64,000 nt of DNA from Raillietiella orientalis (Eukaryota): positions 2,108,001 to 2,172,000 of the forward strand of contig JAYWIR010000020.1 of the NCBI GenBank assembly GCA_036172245.1. Reading direction: 5' to 3'. The position numbers and the translations under genes are program-made. The notes under the pieces were generated by a model, which was not told the origin of the DNA, ran no database searches, and worked only from the letters and a program-made list of their open reading frames with translations. This document shows, in pieces, positions 21,400-33,399 of this stretch. The number at the start of each line of letters is the position of its first letter. Positions within the stretch are counted from its first letter, which is position 1.

Positions 21400-24300
21400 G
21401 CGGAAACTCGGCGCCGCACCATCCTTTATCCCCGCATGTCGCCCGAGGCACCCATGCCGAGAGTCGTCGTGCCTGCAGCACGCCTATTCGAAGGACGGAA
21501 GGGAAATCTCGCAGGCGTCGGTGCAGGATGCAGGGGAGGGGAAGGCTGCGCGACCGAAGGCGAGGTGGATGAGCGGCTCTTGAGCTGTTCGACCGCCACC
21601 GACTGCGTATTCGCGCCCCGGGACGCCGACGTTGGGGAGGAAGCAGCACATCCCATCCTCGCGCTCGCAACGTCCACTCTTGAGCACCGCCCTTCCCCCC
21701 TCCTCTGTGACCTTTGCGCGTGCCCCACGGTGCGTGAAACGGAAAGAAGCACGTCGCGTCCGCGCGTGCCGGTATGTCCACTCTTGAGCACCGTTCTTCC
21801 CCCCTCCCCCGTGACCTTTGCGCGTGTCCCACAGAGCGCTTTGTCCAACCCTGAATTCGGGAACACATCAACAGCCGATCGTGCGGAGACACTGAAAAGG
21901 AATTGAGTGGACATCAGGGGGGATCCTGAGAGCATTTGGAGGTCATGTCCACTCGGTCGTCGTCGCTGTGCCGGATGGAGGAACCCAGAGGCGACTGGCC
22001 TGAAGGTGGACGTTTCGTCTAGGCGCACCAGGGAGCGTGCTCCGCAGCATCTCACAATGAGGGTTCGGAGATCGAGATCCCTGCTCTCTTATCCGGGGTT
22101 TCCTGAGAGTCGCGAAGGGAGAGTTGCTCACGTATGCGACTCGGCCGCTGGCGACGCCCCTTGAAGGTCTGCAGGTTCGGACCGCGGTCTTGGCAATAGC
22201 GGATGGGAGGAAATAGCGGAGTAAAGTCATCGCGCTGCAGCGCCGCGAACCGGCGCGTCCAAGCGTCAGTTCGCGTCGTGTCTCTTCGAGTGAGAGACGG
22301 CGACGTGGGGTGGGCATCCGAGGGACGGCTTGAGCCCTTCTTCCATCCCCCTTTGCAGGTCAGCTGCCTCTACAGGAAACGAGTGGAGGTCTCTAGGATG
22401 AAATTCTTGGCAACGGTAGCAGGCTTGCTTCCCTACAATTTTCTCGGGGCCTGGCGTCTTTTCTCGTGTCCGATCCCTGCCTCTTTCCCCCGTGACCTTG
22501 TGTTCCCAGACTAGAAGTGAGCTGACTATAGCCCTCGCACCCTCTGCAAGGCGGGAATCTCCCTTTCTCGCCTGCATGAGGGAAGAGGGCACGCCTCCAC
22601 CGCGACCGATTGCAGCCGGCAATGCTTTTTCAGTACCGGGGCTGAGGAAGCGGTCGGGCCAGTAGGAGGGCGGAGAAGCTTGCCCCTTCGCACTCCTTTT
22701 TTTTTTTTACCCGTGTTCGTCAAGAGGTTCCATTATTGGAAAAACAGACAACGCAAAAGCGGGAAAGCCGTGGACTCTCCCACATCCAGACAATCAGGAA
22801 CTTGATGGTGCTCGGGTCAGAGAGGGATGGCAGCGACCACTGGAGGGGAAAGGAGGAAGCAAAACTTTGGGGGTAGCCCCTGCATCATTTCCAGGACTTT
22901 TGCAAGTTCCTTCTGCTCATCTTCCAGACGTAACCCATCCCGACGCAATCGTCAGGGAGCGGACCGCAAGGTGGATGGCGTCCCTGTCGTCCTCGCCTCC
23001 GGTGGCGTCGCTCCAGGTCTCCGCGATACCCCGCGCAGGCAGCAAACAGCCACTAGGGACGCGGCTAGCGGCACTGCGTCAGGCGCGCGAAGAGACTCTC
23101 TAAAGCGCCTTTAGGGATGCCATCGGGGGATCTGGAGGGTCGCGACAAGGCGCTTCCGCAGGGTCTGGAGGGCAGCACGGTCCACGACGGGTTGCAGTTT
23201 GGGCCCACCCTCCTCCCCCTGGTCCAGTGATGCCGGAGGGTCCAGTGCAGCATCAGAAGCGCCGACTCCTGCCGGCGACTGGGAAGGAGGGTGAGGTCGT
23301 CAGGAGCGCTGGGGACCACTCGAGATGTTCGCAGGGAACTCCTGGCAGCTCGTCGCAACGCAAAGGTGGGGCACTCGGGGTCGCAGCGTCTCCCACCTGA
23401 AGATGATCCCACAGGGGATCTCCCATCTATGCGGCGAGAAAGGTTCCTTCCGCCCGCGCGCACTTGGCGACCCTCTGGAGCTAGCAGCCCTTGCAGAACA
23501 AGTGAGCAACCGCCGCAGTGACCTCGGATCCGCTCATGTGCGAAGAGCTTCCTGCCGGACACCACCGTTCGTGGGGCAGCAGGAGATATAGGCATCCCTC
23601 CCTGGTCAGGGAGATCGCCCGCCGGAGCTGGGACACTCACGGCAGCGACGCGCGAGGAAGGTGCTTCGCAGCCGGCGGCTCGCCTGACCAGGAGGCGGGC
23701 GGTTTTTCCGCATTCCGCGACGAACTATCGGCCACCCCTTCCCGCGTGATCGAGAGGGAACGCCTTGCGGGCGGAGGTCACCCCTCATCCGATCCGGGTC
23801 CACCACGCCCGCACCCACTTTCCTTCCTCCCGGGACGCTTCCGTCGTCCACTTGCGGACATCCAGGAGGAGGAGGGGGAGATCGAAGGGGAGACTACGGC
23901 GAGCGGGGAGAAGAAAGGGGGATATCCCTTGAGTCCAGCGAGAGAGAGGCAGTGTCCACTTCTCTCAGCACCCTCAAACCCGTTTGGATCCCAAAGATCC
24001 CTATTCAGAGACGCAGCTGCCCGGACCCATGGGAGGCCATTGCGGCTTCTGAGCAATTCGCGCCGGAGAAAGGGACCGGAAGGGGGAAAAAAAAAGGGAT
24101 CCCCCCGGAAGGCGAATCCCCTCCGGGGGCCGCCGTCACTCTGAACTTTTTTGTTCCCCGCAGACTGTCCCGAAGCTTTCCTGGGGGCGTCAGGGAGGAC
24201 TCCTCCTTCCCCAACGGTTTCCAAGTGTTGGTTTCCTCTAGACCGATGTTGGCGCCGTCGAGGATCGTCCAGTGTCGCGTCTGAGGGCGCCACCGCCATC

Positions 24301-25450
24301 GCTGGAAGTGTCCTGAAAAGTTTCGGGCTGCTCCCGGCGGCGCATGGGAGCCGAGAGCGGAGGACTAGGAAGAGGAGGGAAACAGACCTGCGGTGGCGCA
24401 CAAGGAGCGCGCGGCCGCCGCCGCCGCCCTTCCGCTCCTCGGGCTCTCCCCGCCGCGTCTGCGTCCATGGCGATGACGGTTTTCTGCTGCTATCTCCCGT
24501 TCCCCGGATCCTCAGGAGGCGGGCCATCTGATGACCGCGTGGACATGGCCTGGCTGCCTTCAAAAGTCAGCGCTCGACCCGCTCCATGATGGAAGCTCTC
24601 TCCTGCCGGGACGGGCCGTCGTGTGGAACGCATCTGTGTCCCCCGCCCCCTTCCCGGCCGTTTTCCGTTTTCTTCGACCCAAGGGAGGTCGAAAGGCGGG
24701 CCAAGATGACCTCCTGAGGAGAGCCCCTCGGGACACAGTGCGCTCGGGAGACGTGTGCAGGCCGCGTCGAGATGGAGGTCGCAGAGGCCTCCTGGCGTCG
24801 GAGGAGGAGGTGCAGACGCAGCTGATATCCCGAAGACTGGAACCGGAGGCCAAGTATTGGCGCTAAGGGGTGCACCCTGCACGGCTGCTGTCCAAGCGAG
24901 TGGCCAGATGAGGGGGACGGACGTCTTTCCGCGGCCTCGCCGAAGCTTGCGCCTCGATGCGGATTTCGGTTCCGCCGGACGCAGGGCAGCGTTCGCTCGC
25001 TGCTCGTCACAGGGGACGCTGAGCATTTCAGACCCAGAAAGACTTCGTGGAAGCAAAGGGCCTTTCCCTCCCACTCCCTGTTGACTCTGAGAAAAGACCA
25101 CGACGACGAACGGCCCGCGGGATGGGAAGCGTCTTGCGAGACCGCAAGAAGACTGGAAGAAGCTGAGATACTGACCGGTGCTTCCAGCCCCGCTGCTCGC
25201 CAGAAAGGACTCCCTCTCTGGGTGGATCCTCTTGGAATTCCCTCAGAGAAAGTGCAGGTGCCCGCGGTGTTTTCCGAATGGCTTCGCGCTTCCCCCGACT
25301 CGGCCGTTGCCATGGTTGCATCAAGAGGTCCCTGCAACGCACGCCTCCCTATCTCCGACAGAAACACCGGTCACATCGCAGTTCCCCTTTCACTAGGTCA
25401 TATCGGGGTGTCGACCTTCCGAAGAAAGGAAAACAAACAAGCCACGTGGA
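21400..25450 (-). mobile_element. Decayed Ty3/Gypsy pol relic (RT-RNaseH-integrase)
   Basis: Motif remnants in the correct order and approximate spacing: YDLVKG (25400), KPFG..APA (25270), VVVFS (25100), SFG..SGHSLG..WP (24950-24840), SGRKLF (23545), AHF*SG..ACYRCQ (22520-22405), PFHAP..GWDVLLP (21740-21640). Confidence 0.6.
21672..21835. repeat. Local ~60-bp direct duplication within the Gypsy relic
   Basis: GTCCACTCTTGAGCACCG..CTTCCCCC..GTGACCTTTGCGCGTG at about 21673 and about 21776. Confidence 0.8.
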
Positions 25451-25874
25451 TCAGTGGATTCACCCGTCTTTGATGGATCCAAGGGAGCCCCAAAGGGGAA
25501 AACTATCGACTCGAAGGGCCGGCTGCACAGAAGGGCAGGGAGGAGGCAGCGAAAGGGACAAGGAACAGATGAGGAAAGGGGTTGCAAAGGGCAGGGAAGT
25601 CTCCCTTTGCGTGCGATGCAGGCGGCATCTTCTTGGTTGTGGCATCCTCCGCGGGACGCATCCATCCTTATCACCGCGGGATGGTGGTCCTTTCTTCCCT
25701 CTGGTGCGTCTCGTGGCTCAGCACGCGATTGGGCAATCGAGAAAGTGGACGAAGGTCCGTCTCGTGCGAAGCGACAACGCGGCAGCTCTTTCTTGCCTCC
25801 CTGTTTTCCTTCCAGCTTTTCTTCCTGGTTCTCCAAGTGCCGGAGAAGCGCTCGCCTCCTTGAAGGAGATGACG

Positions 25875-26560
25875 AAGCTCTTGGAGCACCGTCCACGCCA
25901 TCCGAGAATGCGTGTAGTTCTTCAGTTAGGGGGTTCTCCTGTAGGGACCACCCCACTATTAAATCCAGGAAGTTTCTTCAGGAAGCAGTTTGTTCCTCTT
26001 GAGCTTGGTAGGGAACCCTGGAGGGAACCCTCGCCCTGGCTGTCCCGAAGGGAATCACGAAGGGAATTTCTTCCTCATTCTCTCCAAAGGGAACACTCTG
26101 TAAATCCAAAAAGACTACGCAGGAAACACTCCGTTCCTCTTACGCTTAGGAGGAGACCCCTAAAAGGATCTCTTCCTCGTTTTCTCCGGAGAGACCATCC
26201 GGAGGGAAAGCCACTCCTCGTTTCTTCCCTGGAAGGAAACCGGAAAGGATTTGCTCATAGGATTCCTTTTATGGAGAGAGTTCGCAAGGGGAACCGCTCC
26301 TTCTTTGCTTCCTCCTCCGAATACAACCCGGAAGTGACACTTCCAAATTTTCCCCGAAGTGCGCTTCTGTAGAGGCGCCGGTTCGCCAGCTCCATGGTGC
26401 TCGATGGAGGGTTCCCCTCCCCGAGGGGGGAGACGACTCCATTTTCACAACAGGAACCGAATCCTTGATTTCTGGAAGGATCCTGGGTGGTCCGCTTCCA
26501 GTTACTCGAAATGGAAAGTGTTTATCAGCACCGTGGGGTCACTCGAAGTCTTCCCCGAGG
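25875..26560 (-). mobile_element. SINE family tail, copy D (expanded internal sub-repeats, head not seen)
   Basis: Shares AATCCAGGAAG, GTTCCTCTT, CACTCCTCGTTTCTTC and GATTTCTGGAAGGA blocks with 31555-31975, 1441-1490 and the reverse complement of 53330-53730. Confidence 0.55.
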
Positions 26561-26899
26561 AATTCTCAGCAGCCTTCCCCTAGTCCAAGAATCCTTTGGG
26601 GGCAATTGGGGTCGCAGCGTCTGCAAGATGACTCGCGGTCCGACCGCCCTCATCCTGGAGCCGGTCTCACAAGAGACCCAGGTGTGCTTGCGTGAAGCCT
26701 GACGCTGACCGCGGATCCTCCGGCGACGCCGAGGTGACGCGCGAGGACCTCGGACCGCTTGCAGCGACGGAGAGCCTCCCTGGGTTTCCCTGACGAGAAG
26801 ACTGGCATGGCGCGGACGACCGATCAGTCATCTGCGAGGTCACTTGTAAACCTGCAGGTCTCCGGATGACTCCATGCGATTCTGAGCGAGGGGTCCCGG

Positions 26900-29600
26900 A
26901 TGTGCGTCGAGGCTCTGTGCCGACACAGATCGCTCAGGGCTATATAAGGAAATTTCCATCGTCCTACTCGTTTGGGGAAAAGCGTTGGCGCCAAAAGGCC
27001 TGCAAGCTCTTGCCGCAGTTTTGCTTTTCTCCTTTCCCTTCTCCCTGATACCTTCCAAACGCGAGTCCGAGAAAAGTGCCCTTGGGCAGACCATTATTCT
27101 GCGCGGGAAACCCGCATCGAGGATGTTGCTTTAGAGGGTGGGCAGAAGAGAGGGTCCCCGTCAGTTTGTCGTCGAACCCGTCCATCTGCCTCTCTACGGA
27201 CAAGCGAGCGTGCACCCCATCGCCTTCGATGGGGTGCAGGATACTGGCGCAACGGAGAGGTACTCCTGGGCGGCAGTCGAAGGGCGACCTCCGAGCTTGC
27301 GGAGGTGCGTGAGGGTGCTCGCGCTCCAGCGTTCCCTCTGCTCCAGAAGATCCGTCTCAGCAGACCAAGCTCTTCGTCCCTTGTCCGATTTGTGTCACTG
27401 GAACCAGGGACCGTGCGACCCCAGGCCATGTCAGGTGCAGTGGAATGAAAGTTGCTTGGATACGTTGAGGACTGTGGTACCAAACGTTATGGGATCGAAT
27501 TCTGGAAGCCGGCTGTGCCCCCTGTGTCTGTCTACAGGGTTTTCCAGGGTTCCTGCCTGGGTCTCCTCGAAGAAGGCGTGGTTTCCCGGTCTTGCCATGA
27601 GCGCGGACCAACTTCCTTGCGATTAGGGTCACAGCCGTGCCTCACCGAGAGCGGTCCAGCAGCAGGGCGATGCAGAGGAGCCTCCGCGGCCCGCGTTCCC
27701 CTCACCGTTTACAACCTTGCCGAGTGTTCCAGTGAGGGGAGGTGGTGCCGTTTATCTTCGGTCTAGTCTCTGGAAGCTCGCAGCCTCGTTTGCGGCGGCC
27801 TCCAAGCAGCGTGCAGGGCAGCCGACGCTATGCTGATACCCTCTCGGGGGAGAAGGAGGGGTGGCAGGAGAGAAATCCTTACGTCTCTCAGAGAGCCGGT
27901 CTCTTGGAGATGATGAGGTCAGAGCGCTTTCCTCAGCTGCAACAGCGGCGGTCCAAAAGAAAAAAAAACAAAAAGGTCGAGAGAAATGCCCGGAGGAAAG
28001 GCTGGAGTTTGGCGCCGGCACTGGACTCTCATCAAAAGAAAACGCTTGAGAACTGGACCCAGGACTTAGTGGCATCTTGAGCACGCAGTGCCTTGCGTGA
28101 TCCGGTCCGCATCCTTGCAAATGGTGTGGATGCTTCAACCACTCCCCCCCCTTCCTCCTCTGCCCCCTTTGTCCTCCGCCATCCTTCCTCCTCCTCCTTC
28201 CTCCTTCCACCTTCTCCATTCTTCCACCTGCTCTTCCTCCTTCCTCCTCCCACCTCCTTCATTCTGCGCGCTCCATCTCACATCTCGCCTCAGCTACGCG
28301 TCCACCGCTCGGGCTGGTCTTACCAGCCTGGGTCCGCTCCTTGGTGCCCACCTATTCCCCTCCCTCCCTTTCCTCTTTCCTAAACCGTCAGTATCCTCCC
28401 ACTCGTTTCGGATTCCCCCTTTGCAATCACCCAGACAAAGTGACCATCGTGCTCCTTCTCTGGAGGAACAAGTCCGACTCCGGGGTCTTGGCCGCTGCTC
28501 TTCTCGTGCACTCAGGCTGCCCTCTCCACTGGTAGGAGATGCAGCAGAATTCCGTGCAGGATAGTTCAAAATCTGCTCCCGAAGGCACGGTCCAGAGAAA
28601 GGAAGCCTCCAGGGCATCTCCTCCGTACGACCTGGGAGATCGAACTGACATGGGAAACGAACGGTCGCAAACCAAGTCCAGCAGGGGGAGATGACTTCGG
28701 ACTCTGCAGTTTCTGGACCACGAAAACTTACCTTCCTGTCAGGCTGGAGGGAATATCCATTTCCGGGGGATGCTCATCGCCTGCCCCGCGAAGGGATGCA
28801 ACCGCGATGCGACTCCGACCTCGCCTCGCGTTCTACTCGGCTCCTGCCCCCTCCTCCACCACCAGCTTCCAAGGGTCTCCAACGGTCAGAGGTCAGAGGA
28901 CGCCGCCCTTGAGGGATATGCTTCGCGGTTCGTGGACATCAGCAAGTCCCGCGCGCCAGCAACAACTCGGGCACGCGCGGAACCTGACTGAGCTGGACTT
29001 CGTCGAGCAGCTTCTCACGAGTTGGGTTGCTGCAGCAACCGCGAGAGTGCAGGAGATGAGCGGTCGGAGGATTACTGCGAGCTGCTTGACCTGCCCGCGA
29101 GGAACCAAGAGCTTCCCCGCGCCTCCGTTGCCACCTCCCTCATCGAAAAAGAAAGTGGGAGTGGAGGCGGGAGGCTTCCGGTGGGCGACGAGGAACCTCC
29201 AAGATGCAAGCTGGGGGCAGCCGTCGGAACTGCTTACGGGACGCAATCCCTGAATTCCGTGCTTAGGTGTGCGTGGCTCCCCGTCCTTACCGCTCGGCGC
29301 TGACCTATCCAGGAGGGGTCATCATAAAGGAGGAAGGACCAGGAACCGCTTACGAACGACACTTTCGGTCTTGCCGCCCCTCTCTTCCACTGCGGTCCCA
29401 CAGCTACCTGGACACTATCCGTGTGGAAGGCGCTCCCGGACTTGGGCACTACACAGGATTACACCTATAGTGCGGAGAAGGCAGGAGAAGGATCCGGTCC
29501 TTCCGGAGGTTTCTTCCACGGCCGCGGTCGGGAAAGCGGGATCGGCACCAGTGATCCGAGAGAGCTCCTTCCTTCCTACGAAGGTGTCAGGTATCCCCTC
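26900..29600 (-). mobile_element. Second decayed Ty3/Gypsy gag-pol relic
   Basis: LLDRSA (protease-like, about 29310), GVVEASTPFA (about 28140), PRGYQ..NEAASFQRLD (about 27845-27760), VTLIARK, FIP..VARSL, WGARSL..DG (RNase H-like). Confidence 0.6.
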
Positions 29601-30599
29601 TTCCCCGGTGGGTGCTGGAGGATGAGGTTTCCCCTCCTCAAGGTCGCCGGGAAGCCGCGAAGTCCCTTCCTCCCTCCCTGCTTCCGATTTCCCCACATCC
29701 CGTCTTTTTCTCCCGTCGGAAGAAAGGGGAAGGCAGGAAGCCTTCGTGAGCGCGCAGGTTCTGGCAGTCGACGGGAACGTCGACTGCTGCCGTCCTGGAT
29801 GCGGATCCGAGACCCCCGGTGCAGAGCGCCAGAAATTCCATCCCTGGCGAGCCAGGCGGCGTCCCGAACTTCCCATCTCCAGTGGGCCGGATGCCGGTCT
29901 GAGAGCGGTTTCCCGCTCCATCCTTGCCATCCGCTCCCCTCCCTCCAAGGTCCCGCGAGCGTCGTCTTCCCTCCGCCTGCACGTCCATTTCTCCTGCCGT
30001 ACCGGAGGGAACGACCCCAAGATTGCTCCTCTCCAGGGAAGAAAGGAATCCGTCTCCCCGCAGCGGACCGCACTTTTACGACCGCCTGCGGGCGTTTCTG
30101 GTGCAGGGCCAATCAGATAAGCCGTGAGTTATTTGGGCGATGAAATTTATAGTCGGGTGCGGATGCTTCTCCAAGGGAGATTGCCAGGGGGACTGAGCCC
30201 CGCCGCCGACTCCCGGAATGGCGTCGCTTCCGGCCTGCCGCAGCACGCCCACGGGTTTTCCCTTCCTTTCGGAGAGGATCGGGAGGTAGGGGCGAGCCGA
30301 TGCTACCCGTCCTCGCTACACTTCCGCACGCCCACGGAAACACAAACCCCACCCCGAGCAAGCATCTTCCTCCTCCTCCTCCACCTCCTTTTATTCCCCT
30401 TCTCCTCCCTTCCAGAGAGGAGGCAAAGCGCAATTCTTTTGCAGGACTGCGGGTATCCTTCGAACGCGCTCTTCATCGAGAAGGCAGCGAGCCGCGTGGC
30501 TCCTCGGTCAGGAAACCACCATACTCCGGGGCAGCTGGAATCGACCAGTCGCCACTCCTTCGTGCCCCTGCACGGCTGTCCTGTACCGACCTTCTTTCA

Positions 30600-31450
30600 G
30601 GGGAGGCGGTGCCAAGCAGAGACCAGCAGCTCGCACGCTTTGCCTGCCTGTCTGCCTGCTCCCCTCCCCCCTTCCTCGGATTCCGGGGGGTTAGAATTCT
30701 GCCGCCACTCGAGAAAGCTCAGTCGAGTGGGGCAAAGACTCTGGGCTTTCCTGGAGTCGCTTTCTCGGGAAATTGAGCCAGCTGTGCGCCTTCCATCCCA
30801 AAGACCGACCGAAAGTGCGGTCACCAACCGCCCCTCCTGGTCCCCCGTCGCCACCTGCATGCAGGTGGGGAGATGTTCCTGGTCTTGCGTACCCGAGATG
30901 CTTTCTAAACCACTCTTGCCCCCTTCAACCCCGACCCAATACTTTCTCCGTGAGGTTCCAGCTGCTCCTGTGCCCGAAGACTCTCGACGTTTATTTGCGG
31001 CTCTGGACCTCGGAGCAGGCGCGACGTTCCCTGTCCTTCGCCTGCCAGTTAGGGAGAGGTGGCGAACCCACGTCTCGTCAACAGCAGTCCTCCTCTTGAG
31101 CACTCCACCTGGTCCGCCTGCCGCAGCGGCTGACACATGGGGCATCCATTTGAGCTCTTCACACCATTCTTTCAATGTCCCACTCTTTGTGCCGCGTCGG
31201 GGACAGTTGCCAAGGGACACGCCAGCTTCCGGAATACTTCCGGCAACGTCTGCTGTCTTCCATCATGGCTTTCAGTACGCTCAGTATGGTTCTGTGCGTT
31301 TTGGGATCCTCCAACCATCCTGGACACTACTCACCCGCCAACCCTCTTGGTCCATTTTCGAGGTCGAACTCTCCTGCCACCAGCACTCTGTCGACGAGGC
31401 AGCGAACTCTCCATCCTCCAGCGTGTCGTCCTTCTCCAGTGAACCTCTGC
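30600..31450 (-). mobile_element. Decayed Ty3/Gypsy integrase fragment
   Basis: ADVA/KYSGSW..WQ (C2 motif-like), QADQVECSR (resembles Q.DGLVER) and TWVRHLS (resembles WD.HLP). Confidence 0.4.
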
Positions 31451-31554
31451 TCTCTCTTCCGCTACTTTCTTCCCAGCTTTTTTTCCTTTTTCGGGTTCGT
31501 CAAGTGCTGAAGAACCCCCTTGTGGGGGAGGGGGAGGGGAGGCAGCTCACAGAG

Positions 31555-32110
31555 CTCTTTAACACTGTCCACGCCATTAGATGGGGCGCGCAACTCTTCG
31601 AGTTATAGGGGGATAACCCCGGTGGAACCACCTTATGAATCCAGGAAGGCTCCAAAGGAGTCCGTTCCATTTGCAGTTGCTAGGAAATCTCGTCCTCATT
31701 CTTTCTAGAGGGACCCCCAGAGGGGGTGACACTCCTCGTTTCTTCTCCGAATGGAACCCCGAAAGGACGCTTCCAGATTTTCTCCAAAAGATCTCTCCCG
31801 AAAGGAGCAGCGCACTTCTTTAGAGAGAAGGCCACCAGCCCCATAATACGAGACGGGTCCCACTTGCACAACCGGGGAGGAAACCCCGAAGGGCTCCTCG
31901 ATTCCTGGAATGATCCCGGAGAGTCAGCTTCCAATCCCGGCCCCAGTCAAGGGTCAGACATCCAGTTTGCGGTTTCCGCCAGCGCCATCCTGTGGGGGGT
32001 GGGGTGGGGTGGAGATTCGAAACCCATGACGCGCCCCCATTTATCGGCGTCTCGATCCTTCCCAGGGTGGGATTTGAACGCGCCGCGCGCGCTCCCGCGC
32101 AGCCTCACGA
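31555..32110 (-). mobile_element. tRNA-derived SINE family, copy E (near full length)
   Basis: 31861-31975 is the close reverse complement of about 53325-53435; degenerate B box at about 32070-32080. Confidence 0.7.
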
Positions 32111-33399
32111 CCGCCTGCGCGAGCTATCTCGGTACGCGAAAATCGCACCACCCATCCATGGCCCGATAGGGGTAAAAGATCCAATTTCTCGCGAGTAGCA
32201 GGGCTCTCCGCATGCAGGCTGAATGAGGCCGGGAAAGCAGTAGCGCGTCCCGTGGGCATGCTGGGCTTTCGTCGCGGGCACCGGCGCGCGCGTCCTGCCT
32301 CGAAGGCGCCGCGCGCAAATTAATTGGGGGGAGGCAATTAAGGGTCGGGCCGTCGATCCCCCGTATCCTGCAGGCGGCGGCAGCGGCGGCCCTCCGACGG
32401 CTTCCCGAGACTTGGGGGGAAACGCCCCATCCGACTTCCCCGAGAGCTCCCGGGAAGACGAGAGCTCATTCCGAAAGATCCCTCTTTAAAAATGCACCTG
32501 TGCTGGGAATCCAGGGGAGGTAAGGGAAAAGAAGGGAGGAAAAGAAAAAGGGAGAGAAGGACAAGGGATGATGGAGAGGCGCGCATGCCGCGGCTCGAGG
32601 CAGGGAAGCGGTCCCTGCCGGAGCAGAAGAGCCGGACGGCTGGCTACCTTTCCGGCGATCACGTGGCGGAGCGGGGGCGGAGGGACGCGCGTCTCCGGAG
32701 GAACGGGGGAGGAGAGAGTCTGCGGCGTCGGGGACCCCCTCGAATCTGGCACCACCGCCGCCATCTGGCAAGTCGTAAAGGCATCCAGAGACCTGTAGGG
32801 GGGAGAGGGCCAACGACTCTGCGAGGCTAGGAGGTACCTCCCCGAAGGGAGCCGCGGGAGAGTGCCGTTGGAATTTTTCGGGACGAAGAGGGCGCCCTCC
32901 CCGAGGAGGTCTCTCGCGGCGGCTGCTTTCCAGGCAATGCCGCCTGAGGGATGTCACGGCGGCGAGAGAGGGAAGAAGGGGTAGGTGGGGGAGGGAAGGG
33001 CCCCACGCCGTCTGCGCTTCAGTGTCGCTCGCCATGAAGGGTTCGAAAAAGAGCGCTCTTCTTGCCCCTCGGTCTTTCCAGGACCAAAGAGTAACCGCTC
33101 CCCCTTCCTCCTATCACGTCCCCTTGAAGCGCGGGGACGGCAGAGGAATTACAGCACTCTTCTGGCTCCCACGCACCTTTTGGAGAACGTCCCTGCAAAG
33201 ACCGGCATCGAAGGACTTCCGTCATCCTGAAAGTACCTTGAAGCGAAGGGGCTGCCTCTCCTCCCCTCCTCTGACGAGCCCCATCCCATTGCGCAACTCG
33301 TAGTCGCCTTAGCTTGGACAGGCAAGAGTGAAAGGGTAGGGAAAAAAGAAAGAGGAGGAGGAAGGGAGGAGAAGGAAGGAAGACGGGGAAGAGAGGGAA

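Noticed and set aside
22405..22430. Gag zinc knuckle (CYRCQ)
   Set aside because: Its position between RNase H-like and integrase-core remnants fits the integrase H2C2 CxxC instead.
25278..26372. 364-aa ORF with repetitive C-terminus
   Set aside because: It spans an antisense Gypsy RT relic and the modular SINE tail; the repeats are nucleotide-level.
30124..31608. 494-aa plus-strand ORF
   Set aside because: It has a non-ATG start and low-complexity S/P/L content, and lies antisense to integrase-like remnants; long stop-free frames are expected at this GC level.
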